In this document: positions 43,221 to 52,757 of the stretch, piece by piece
Numbering within the stretch: the first letter of the stretch is position 1
How the letters are laid out: every line of letters starts with the position of its first letter
Assembly (NCBI GenBank): GCA_963921275.4
Contig: OZ001293.3
Coordinates: forward strand, 5,280,001-5,344,000
Reading direction: 5' to 3'
DNA length: 64,000 nucleotides
DNA from: an uncultured Hormoscilla sp.
GTDB lineage: Bacteria; Cyanobacteriota; Cyanobacteriia; Cyanobacteriales; Desertifilaceae
The notes under the pieces: generated by a model
Databases searched by the model: none
Told to the model about the DNA's origin: nothing
Seen by the model: the letters and a program-made list of their open reading frames with translations, nothing else
Made by a program: the position numbers and the translations under genes

Positions 43221-43854
43221 TTCACTTCCTAATCATAACAGACAAACAAACGTTAATTATAGCTTCAATTTACAACTGTTGAATTTCTGATTCCCGGGAT
43301 ATTTTATTTTAACAGACCATCCGACGAAAATTACCTGAGTTTTTGGCAATTTTCCCGATACCGCAAGTTATTGATCTCACAACTCACCCAGGACATGCGA
43401 TCCGGCCGCTCGACAGTGCTCTCGTCTTGCGGTGAGCGAAGTCAAACCGGCGGTGAGCAAAGTCGAACCGCAAGACGAGAGTCGGGCTAGTATTACACTA
43501 GCACATCAAAATCAATTCAGCAACTTTAAAGTAAAGCATAATTTCTTTGCCAACACCATGGTAATAGTGGATGAATTACAACAGCACTCCGAGCAGATAA
43601 TTATGTTAGCATATTAGATGGTAGTGTGTTCGCTAGCACCGGTAGTCTTAGATATTTACTTTGCCGCTGGGAGCTTGTAGCTTTGGTTCCGAAAAAACCA
43701 GTTACACAGGGAGAGTCGCGCGGCGCGAAAAGCGCTTGCCGTTGGAAAACACCCCTGACCACCCCACCGCCCAAACCATAAAAAATTATGCTACACCTTT
43801 CCTACCAGCCTCCGCAAGCTAATACTCTCGTTACCGACAACTTCTGAAGTTTTT

Positions 43855-44165
43855 TTAGCCCAAACTAGGCCATTTTTAGCCCAACTATGGCCACAATTAG
43901 CTCATACATGGCTTAGCTTAGCCAAAAAATGGCCTAGTTTAGCTCATACATGGCTTAATTTAGCCAAAACTTGCCTATTTAAATCCAACATGGCCTAGTT
44001 TAGCCAAAACATGGCCATTTTTAGCCCAACCATGGCCCCGGTTAGCTCAGACATGGCTTAGCTTAGCCAAACTTTGCCTATTTTAATCACAAATAGTCTA
44101 TGTTAGCCCAAAAATGGCCATAATTAACCAAAAACTGGCCATTTTTAGCCCCAACCTGGCCCTAA
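43855..44165. repeat. Degenerate 21-bp tandem array, 15 units, consensus close to TTAGCCMAAMATGGCCWNNN
   Basis: TTAGC recurs at 43855, 43876, 43897, 43918, 43939, 43960, 44000, 44021, 44042, 44063, 44103 and 44145. Confidence 0.85.
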
Positions 44166-44479
44166 AACAGCCCGGCCTGCTTTAGTAAAAAATGAGCCTA
44201 AGCTAGCCAGGTTAAGACAGAACCAGAGAAAGATATATTACCATGACCGGGTGCTAGCTCAGAATACGTCCAGCTAACAATTTCAAAAAACAGTAACATT
44301 ATTAGTAGTAACGACCAACACCGGCTGTTCTTTGTCAGAAGCAGTACCGTCAATTTCGATAACCTGACCTTTAGCAACGAGGGCCCAGGGAGACAATAGC
44401 GGCGGGGCTGCAAACATAAGCGGTGCCCTGTTTGTCTTTAACGGGACCGTCAGAATGACCAACTCTCCGGATAGCATAA

Positions 44480-44583
44480 AAAGTAATTTTATGTATCAGA
44501 GACTACAAAAACCTAAATATCCGTAAAGTATAAGTAGGTAATTCATATTTGTTAAAATTTTTTAAATAGGTCGCAACTTGAGT
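44480..44583 (-). mobile_element. Diverged IS982 left-end remnant
   Basis: Aligns by eye with 36160-36252. Ends ATAGGTCGCAACTTGAGT and is followed by TATGATA. Confidence 0.75.
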
Positions 44584-44686
44584 TATGATAGACCAAGGTG
44601 TGACTCGTTCCGGCGTAAGTCAGAAATATGACGATAGTCTGGCTAGTATTACACTAGCACCTCAAAATTAATTCAGCAACCAAAAA

Positions 44687-47600
44687 ATGAAGCATAAATT
44701 TTTTACCAACACCATCGTAGTAGTGGATGCCTCCCTAGAAAACTACCAGCAGCTTATAGACGGCATCCGGCCTGGGGCCAAATCTTTCCTCTTAGACCCT
44801 CAGTCCGATGGTATCCAACAGATCGGCGAACTTCTTCGACAGCATCAAGAAACAGAGGCTCTGCACCTACTTTCCCACGGCAGCCCTGGCTGTCTGTATC
44901 TGGGAAACTCTCAATTGAGTTTAGATACTCTAGGAGATTACGCCTCTACCCTGCAGAAGTGGAAGGTAAAACAACTCCTACTCTACGGCTGTAACGTCGC
45001 CGCCGGAGATGCAGGAGAGGAGTTGATGACTAAGCTACAGGCCCTGACCGGGGCATCCCTTGCCGCCTCTACTACCCGGACAGGGGCAGCAGCCCGAGGC
45101 GTAAATTGGGAGTTGGAGTGGCGAACTTCCGGGATAGAAACTCCCTTAGCATTGTCCGCAGAAGCTCAGATGGCCTATGGGGGCATATTGGCCCCCTCAA
45201 TCAGCAGGATTATGAGGCCTTAAAAGCTCTATACCAAAGCACGGGTGGGGCTTCTTGGCTGAGGAATACAGGCTGGCGGGACTGGAATTTCAACAGCGCA
45301 ACTCCCCCTGATGCTTCTATTGTTCGCAGTTGGTCAGGGGTGTGGGTAATTAACAACAGGGTGACGTCGCTCCGCCTGGGCAACAACCAACTGACTGGCA
45401 GCATCCCGACGGAGTTAGGGAATCTTTCCAATTTAGAACGGCTCCACCTGGGTCTCAACCAACTGACTGGCAGCATCCCGACGGAGTTAGGGAATCTTTC
45501 AAATTTGGAACGGCTCCACCTGGGCCTCAACCAACTGACTGGCACCATCCCGAATCAGTTAGGGAATCTTTCCAATTTGGAAGAGCTCTGGCTGAACAAC
45601 AACCAACTGACTGGCACCATCCCGACGGAGTTAGGGAATCTGCACAATTTAAAATTGCTCATCCTGCACAACAACCAACTGACTGGCACCATCCCGAGTC
45701 AGTTAGGGAATCTGCACAATTTGGAAGAGTTCAACCCGAGCAACAACCAACTGACTGGCACCATCCCGAATCAGTTAGGGAATCTGAACAATTTGGTAAA
45801 GCTCACCCCGAACAACAACCAACTGACTGGCAGCATCCCGACGGAGTTAGGGAATCTTTCCAATTTGGAACAGCTCTACCTGTACAACAACCAACTGACT
45901 GGCAGCATCCCGACTGAGTTAGGGAATCTTTCCAATTTGCGATATCTCGATCTGGACAGGAACCAACTGACTGGCAGCATCCCTACGGAGTTAGGGAATC
46001 TTTCTAATTTGCAAGAGCTCGACCTGTACAACAACCAACTGACTGGCAGCATCCCGAGTCAGTTAGGGAATCTTTCCAATTTGCAATTGCTCTACCTGTA
46101 CAACAACCTTCTGACTGGCACCATCCCCCAAGGGGTACTAGATTTGCAGGCTGACAAGCGATTGGAAAACCCCCCTTATGTAAAAACCGAGATTCCCGAC
46201 TTCGAGTTCTTGCCAGGTAATAACCTCAACATAGACATTAGCGAAAACTTCGGCGACATCAATGACAACATCAACAACTACACAGCTACCGGTTTACCAG
46301 GGGGCGTAACCATCAACTCTCACGGAGTTATCAGCGGTATCTCTACTACCGCAGGCATCTTTACCGTAACGGTAACCGCCATCGACCGAGCGGGATATAA
46401 AGGGATAGATACCTTTGACATTGTTATAAAGAACTCCTTTCCTACCGATCTAGAACTCAGCAACAGCAGCATCGATGAAAACTCCGCAGTCAATAGCGTC
46501 GTGGGGACTTTCGGAACTATCGACCCAGACAGTGGAGATACCTTTACCTACCAGTTAGTCTCAGGCGTTGGTGACCGTGATAACGCCGCCTTCACCATAG
46601 AAGGGAACCAACTGCTAACTAACAGTTCACCGGACCATGAGACCAAACCGAGTTACAGCATCCTCATCCAAACTACCGACGCTGCTGGGGCCAGTTACTC
46701 CGAGGCCTTTACCATTAACGTCAACGATGTTCCCGAGTCTCCTACCGGCCTCAACCTCTCTGGCAGCAGCATTGATGAAAACTCCGCCGTCAATAGCGTC
46801 GTGGGGACTTTCTCCACTACAGACCCAGACAGTGGAGATAGCTTTACCTACCAGTTAGTCTCAGGCGCCGGCGCCTCCGACAACGCCGCCTTCACCATAG
46901 AAGGGAACCAACTGCTAACTAACAGTTCCCCGGACTATGAGACCAAACCGAGTTACAGCATCCGCGTCCAGACTACCGACGCTGCTGGGGCCAGTTACTC
47001 GGAGACCTTTACCATTAACGTCAACGATGTTCCCGAGTCTCCTACCAGTCTCAACCTCTCTGGCAGCAGCATTGATGAAAACTCCGCTGAGGGTGCAGTC
47101 GTGGGGATCTTCTCCACTATCGACCCCGACTCTGGAGATACCTTTACCTACCAGTTAGTCTCAGGCGCCGGCGCCTCCGATAACGCCGCCTTCACCATTT
47201 CCGGGGACCAACTGCTAATTAACAGTTCACCGGACTATGAGACCCAGTCGAGTTACAGCATCCGCGTCCAAACTACCGACGCTGCTGGGGCCAGTTACTC
47301 GGAAGCCTTTACCATTAACGTCAACGATGTTCCCGAGTCTCCTACCGGCCTCAACCTCTCTGGCAGCAGCATCAATGAAAACTCCGCATCGGGTAGTGTC
47401 GTGGGGATCTTCTCCACTATCGACCCAGACAGTGAAGATACCTTTACCTACCAGTTAGTCTCAGGCGCCGGCGCCTCCGACAACGCCGCCTTCACCATTT
47501 CCGGGGACCAACTGCTAATTAACAGTTCACCGGACTATGAGACCCAGTCGAGTTACAGCATCCGCGTCCAGACTACCGACGCTGCTGGGGCCAGTTACTC

Positions 47601-48243
47601 AGAAACCTTTACCATTAACGTCAACGATGTTCCAGAGGTTGGCCTACCAATAGTCGGTGAGGATAGTCAGAACGACTACCTCCGGGGGACGCCCAACGGG
47701 GAACAACTGTTAGGTCTAGGAGGAGAAGACCGGCTCTTTGGGAAAAAAGGGAACGACACCCTCATCGGCGGAGGTGGAAACGATCACCTCTACGGAGGTG
47801 ATCGAGACGACTCCCTCATCGGCGGACATGGAAAAGATTACCTCTACGGAGAAGATGAGAACGACTCCCTCATCGGCGGATATGGAAACGATACCATCTA
47901 CGGAGAAGATGGGAATGACTCGATCATCGGCGGAGATGGAGACGATATCCTCTACGGACAAGATGAGAACGACACTCTCATCGGCGGACGTGGAGACGAT
48001 ACCCTCGAAGGAGGGGAGGACGCCGATATTTTTGTTCTGAAGCAGGGCCATGGCCGGGATACCATCATAGACTTTGAAGATGGCACGGACAAGATCGGGC
48101 TAGCAGGAAGTTTGAGTTTCAACGATTTGCAGATCGTCTCTCAGGGCCAAAATGTCTTGATTATTGGAGAGGAAACCCTGGTCACCCTACAGCGCATTGA
48201 TTTGACCCTGATTACTAGCGATGATTTCACTGTGGTTACTTGA
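44687..48243 (+). CDS. DUF4347 + plant-type LRR + Ig + 4 cadherin-like + RTX Ca-binding repeat protein, split by one frameshift at about 45192-45196
   Basis: LH..SHGSPG.LYLG...LLLYGCNVAAG (DUF4347), about 11 LxxLxLxxNQLTGxIPxELGN repeats, four 300-bp IDENS...D.D.GD repeats and GGxGxDxLxG nonapeptides. Confidence 0.85.
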
Positions 48244-48380
48244 AGTTTACCACAATGGGGGGAACCTCGATACCTTCGCGATGCCTTCCGGTTTTCGCCG
48301 TGCGGGAGGAAGGCATCGTAGGTTGCCTGCGTTGCATCCCGATTTTTCCGGAACGGTAGGCATCGAAAGGACGAACTAGT

Positions 48381-48555
48381 ATTAAACTAAGCCAGGGAGT
48401 CACCACCCCGAAGAGTCTTCAAAACCGGACGATCTGCTTTTTACCTCATTCGGCTCCTCGGTAATGCCACCCTTGTCATGGGTACGACTGTGATTTCCAT
48501 CGCTGGCAGTCTTTATATCGTGGCAATGTTTGTGCAGCAACTGTAGATTGTTGTA
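48381..48555 (-). mobile_element. 3' remnant of an IEP-encoding group II intron (HNH end, DV, DVI)
   Basis: NLQLLHKHCHDIKTASDG and DV/DVI are closely similar to 33780-33949. Confidence 0.85.
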
Positions 48556-48647
48556 CTGGATAAATCCATCAATGGACGCATCTAACGCGCCAGCAAATAA
48601 CCGACTCCGAAGTGCCATTCCGTATCCCTTGCGGGAGCGCAGCCATA

Positions 48648-48750
48648 GAGATTTCCGTCAGTGTCACAGTGGTGGAGCAATTGCTCGATAAACATAACTT
48701 TCTTCGTCGCGAGGCTTTCAAGACCAAAGCTACAGGAGACCAAATTATTG
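48648..48750 (+). mobile_element. ISAzo13-like transposase fragment
   Basis: VSVTVVEQLLDKHNF.RR.AFKTKATG. Confidence 0.45.
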
Positions 48751-48799
48751 AATCCTCATTCCTTACAACCATAGGAGTAAAGCAATTGCTAGACAACTA

Positions 48800-48914
48800 T
48801 AGCTAGCTTAAATCATTTGTGTCAATTTTATGGAGGATAGGAACGTGGCTGAAACCCTTGTCTGGTAATGATTTCATTGAACCCACCAGTCGCACAAATT
48901 ATTTAGGCTTGCAA
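48800..48914. mobile_element. About 115-bp MITE-like element
   Basis: Inverted ends GCTAGCTTAAATCATTTGTG / CACAAATTATTTAGGCTTGC. Confidence 0.55.
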
Positions 48915-48968
48915 GAGGTCTATTTTACATTAATCTCACGATAATTGTTAATCTAACAATTATCTGAT

Positions 48969-50723
48969 TTAGTAGGAAATCTCTTGGCGATCGCCGAAAA
49001 ACTTGCCACTCAGTTCGGGTCCAGCTGGGCCAGCCAAATAGCTGTATCCGCCCCTTCTTCAGGCGATCGGGTAGCCCCCGCACCACCCATCTCCGTCCGC
49101 ACCCAGCCCGGAGACATGGCATAAACCGCAATGCCTTGCGATCGCAGGGTATCTGCTAACATGATAGTCGCGCCATTGAGCGCAAGTTTGGACAAACCAT
49201 AAGCTGCTGGTACGCTAGCAGACAAGGTGTTCAACTGACCGTATTCGCTGGAAACATTAATAATGCGAGCTGCGGGAGCTTTTGCAAGTAGGGGGAGAAA
49301 AGCTTGGGTAACACTTATGGCACCAAAAGCATTAATATGCAGTGCGACTCGTTTCGGCCTAACCTGTACAAACACGGAAAAGCCGAGCCAAAATTGGACT
49401 GAATGTTTAGAACCAAAACTAATCATAATCAGGCTCAATATGGTAACTCTGGTCATCATGGGGGTTAAATTCCCTCTCCCCAGGTGTGGGGGTGACACCG
49501 GTCCTTAGTGCTGCGGAGTGACATCACCGTGGTGCGGAGCAAGGACTTAAATGTAGGATAGCTGACAGCCCAAAGTCGGCAACTCCGCTAGGAAAGATGC
49601 TCATGGTTAGGAAAACGAATCTGTGAAAGCCTCGTTATGTGTAACCAGCGGAAGAAGGCTTACACGCTGGCCTAAAAAGGAAATGGTAGCTAGTGTTGGC
49701 TGTTGCATATGGCCAACATCACACTCAAAGTAGCTCCCGGGGTAAAGCAGGGACCTAAAAACATCGTGAAATGATACCAGGGAACGAAGTAACTCCACGT
49801 GTGCTGTCCATAACTACTCGACTATCGACCGGTGGTCAGGAGATAGGGACCAGTTAGATGATAAGCGTAAGCCATGTGGAGAGAGATGGCCCAAGAAGCA
49901 AAGGACAGGGGTAACTCCTTGTATAAGTGGTGCAGGAATGTACCGGCAGACGTGGGTCGGATATAGTTGGAAATCTTGGGTGGAAGTATCCCTAATACGT
50001 ACCAAAAATCAGGAGAAATCCTAGATTGTAATATGGACTAAAACTCTAGCCGGGTAAAACTTGAAAAGTCCCCTAATGACGAGACAGGGGCAATGTTAGC
50101 AAAGAGCGGTATAAGTGGTTTCCTGGATACCCCCCGCGAACCTTCCGGAGCTAGATACGAAACAGTCCTATCGACTACCATAAAGGGGAAAAACTGCATA
50201 AGAAGAGGGACAAAGGGAGCAATCCCCAGTAATCCTGCCAATGACAAGGTCCAACTAACCAGTAGCCGTGTGCGATGAAAACCGCATGCACGGTTCGAAA
50301 GGGAGGGTTGGGAAGCGATTCCCAGCTCTACCCCTAATTCGTCAGATCCAACAGATCGCGAGAAATGTTGAGCCGGTTGAGTCCCCCATCGGGTAAAATG
50401 CCAGCATTATTGATCAGCACATCCAGGCGATCGCATTCCCGATCGCGTAGCGTGGCGCAGCCATGTTAAAGCCTGTGCGGCGCGGGAAATACTTCGATCG
50501 TCAGTAACATCAAGTTGCATCGCGGCAATGCGCGATCCTGGGGCTTTTAACTGCGCCGCTCTTTGCCCTTGGCGTTCGCGTAGCGTGCGCGCAGCGCATG
50601 CGATCTGGCTGCTATAATCACGTCAAAGCCGACATATAGTAATCCTTTACAAATAGCAAAACCGATGCCTTTATTGCCACCTGTAACTAGAGCTGTTTTT
50701 CCCTTAAATTGTGCATTCATCAT
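48969..50723 (-). pseudogene. Short-chain dehydrogenase/reductase interrupted by group II intron 3 (antisense) and mini-repeats
   Basis: ALVTGGNKGIG, LDVLINNAGI, RIINVSS, YGLSK and SPGWVRT.MGG motifs. Removing the intron restores ISRDLLDLTM|HINAFG in frame. Confidence 0.88.
49342..50338 (+). ncRNA. ORF-less group II intron 3
   Basis: Starts GTGCGACTCG. Domain V is AGCCGTGTGCGATGAAAACCGCATGCACGGTT, and domain VI has a bulged A and ends CCCCTAAT. EBS1 TGCATAT (49704-49710) is the exact reverse complement of the upstream flank ATATGCA. Confidence 0.92.
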
Positions 50724-50796
50724 CAATCTCCTGATTTTCAAAGCGATCGCCTCCCGGTATACGGTGGTGATGGTTCTGCCAGTCCCACCGGATAAT

Positions 50797-51267
50797 TTAC
50801 TTTTTCTGCTTCGGCATTTTTGATTCTATAATATGCTCGGCTCCCTTCATAGCCTCCTTAGGAAATGACAAGTTAATCGTAATAGTGGACGTAGTAGCGA
50901 TCCGCAAATAGTAGTGACTGGAACTTTCTCTTCTAACTATAACATTATTCCAGGGAATCATTGGATAAAGAAAAAAGAGTGCTAAAACAGACGCGAGAGA
51001 CAGGTATAACCCTCGATCGCAGGTACCAACTTCGATATCTGAATAGCTCATACAGTTAATATAACAACCACTCGAGGATGTTGATATTGATAGATTAGTC
51101 ATCTCTTGCTTTTTGGCTCTGTAATACAATGCTAGAAGCAACCAGCCGTTTAACATAGAAGATATAACTATTCCTAAGTAACTCACTATATAAATTAATG
51201 GATAATCATATAATGTCAAATTGCCTGGATTTGACAAATCGAAGGCAAGCAGCATTTCATTCTTCAT
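50797..51267 (-). CDS. Hypothetical membrane protein
   Basis: 156-aa AT-rich ORF with hydrophobic segments. Confidence 0.55.
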   Translation of the reverse strand: MKNEMLLAFDLSNPGNLTLYDYPLIYIVSYLGIVISSMLNGWLLLALYYRAKKQEMTNLSISTSSSGCYINCMSYSDIEVGTCDRGLYLSLASVLALFFLYPMIPWNNVIVRRESSSHYYLRIATTSTITINLSFPKEAMKGAEHIIESKMPKQKK

Positions 51268-51430
51268 CTTTTTTCACCGATTGCTATTTTGGGGACAAAT
51301 CAGATATTTTTAAGTTTCTCTCTCAGTGAAAGCTGTTCCGGGAACGATCGCGATCTCTCCTCCAGTAATTGGACTAGAAGCGATCTCTCCCATTATCATA
51401 CCATATCTACGATCGAACCCAATTATTTTC

Positions 51431-51599
51431 GGGTGCATCCCAGTTTTGCAATATAGCCCGCGCAGGCGGGCTTTGTATCTGTAGCCGGACCCTTTAGGGT
51501 ATGGCTGCGCCCCACATCGCGCAGCGTGGCGGCAGCCATGCGCAGCGCTATCGGGCTGTGCGGGGCGCACAGAAGGCAACGCAAATATGAGATGCACCC
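51431..51599. mobile_element. MITE with GGGTGCATC ends and 8-bp target duplication TTATTTTC
   Basis: TTATTTTC at 51423-51430 and 51600-51607. The interior holds a TAGCCCGCGCAGGCGGGCT REP-like unit and mini-repeats. Confidence 0.8.
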
Positions 51600-52643
51600 T
51601 TATTTTCTGGGGTTATCAATCAGTTTCAGCGACCCTCCAAAGGCAAAATCCTGCACCATCGAACTCTTGAGGAAATCATGGGGAAATCCTAATTCGATCG
51701 CACTGACTTCATCCAAGCGCTGCATTTGTTCTGGAGTTAACTCGAACTCCAAGCAGGCAATATTTTCCTCTACCTGCTTGACCTTGCGAGATCCGATAAT
51801 CGGAATAATTCCGCCCTTTTGCCGCAACCAGTTCAATGCTACTTGGGAAGGTGCGCGTCCGATCTCTGCTGCTATCTTAACTACTTCTGCCGCAATTGTC
51901 AAGTCCCGATCGCTCACGTGCATTTGCTCAAAATCATCTGCTCGATTCGACTCTGAAGCAGCAGTTTTTTGACTGCTTTTATTGTATTTCCCCGTCAAAA
52001 CCCCACCGCCTAGAGGACTCCAAGCGGTCACGCCAATTTCAAAGGCACTTGCCATGGGTAACAAGTCTCGTTCCGGAGTACGTTCTCGCAAGGAATATTC
52101 AATTTGCAAGCCGATAAAAGATGTCCAACCTCGCAGACTGGCGATCGTATTTGCTTGGGAAATAATCCAAGCAGGAGTATCGGAAATGCCGATATAAAGC
52201 ACCTTACCGGCGCGGACTAAATCGTCAAACGATCGCATGACTTCTTCTACGGGGGTGGTAAAATCCCAGGCGTGTAACCACAGCAAGTCGATATAGTCTA
52301 CTTGCAGGCGTTTCAAGCTAGCTTCCACTGCTTGTACCATATTTTTGCGATGGTTACCGCCAGCATTCATTTCCCCATTGCCTGTATTGAGACTGTATTT
52401 GGTGGCCACAACCCATTTAGCGCGATCGGCGGCAATAAAGTCCCCCACATATTTTTCGCTCGTACCATTAGTATAAAGGTTAGCGGTATCGAGAAAATTA
52501 CCGCCCGCTTCAGCAAAAGCATCAAATACTTTGCGACTTTCCTCATAGTCAGAACCCCAACCCCAGTCTTCTCCAAAGGTCATCGTCCCGAGACAGAGTT
52601 CTGATACGCGCAGTCCGCTTTTCCCCAATAATTTGTAATGCAT
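51600..52643 (-). CDS. Aldo/keto reductase
   Basis: LGKSGLRVSELCLGTMTFG, FLDTANLY, SLKRLQVDYIDL and WSPLGGG.LTGKY motifs. Confidence 0.95.
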   Translation of the reverse strand: MHYKLLGKSGLRVSELCLGTMTFGEDWGWGSDYEESRKVFDAFAEAGGNFLDTANLYTNGTSEKYVGDFIAADRAKWVVATKYSLNTGNGEMNAGGNHRKNMVQAVEASLKRLQVDYIDLLWLHAWDFTTPVEEVMRSFDDLVRAGKVLYIGISDTPAWIISQANTIASLRGWTSFIGLQIEYSLRERTPERDLLPMASAFEIGVTAWSPLGGGVLTGKYNKSSQKTAASESNRADDFEQMHVSDRDLTIAAEVVKIAAEIGRAPSQVALNWLRQKGGIIPIIGSRKVKQVEENIACLEFELTPEQMQRLDEVSAIELGFPHDFLKSSMVQDFAFGGSLKLIDNPRK

Positions 52644-52757
52644 TGTTGTTTTTACTCCTGAATATGGTAAGTTGCCAGTTGTCAGTTGCCAGTTGTCAGT
52701 GGTAAATTGCGAAGTGAGTATTCCTATTATCCCATCATTGTGCAACGCCAAAAAAGA

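Noticed and set aside
43855..44165. Possible CRISPR array
   Set aside because: Units are contiguous and degenerate with no unique spacers, and there are no cas genes in the window.
45380..47640. LRR and cadherin repeats as DGR template/variable repeats
   Set aside because: All copies are in-frame domains, differences are not confined to adenines, and no DGR-type RT is present.
49010..49498. 162-aa ORF as an intact short SDR
   Set aside because: Its N-terminal third is the antisense strand of intron 3.
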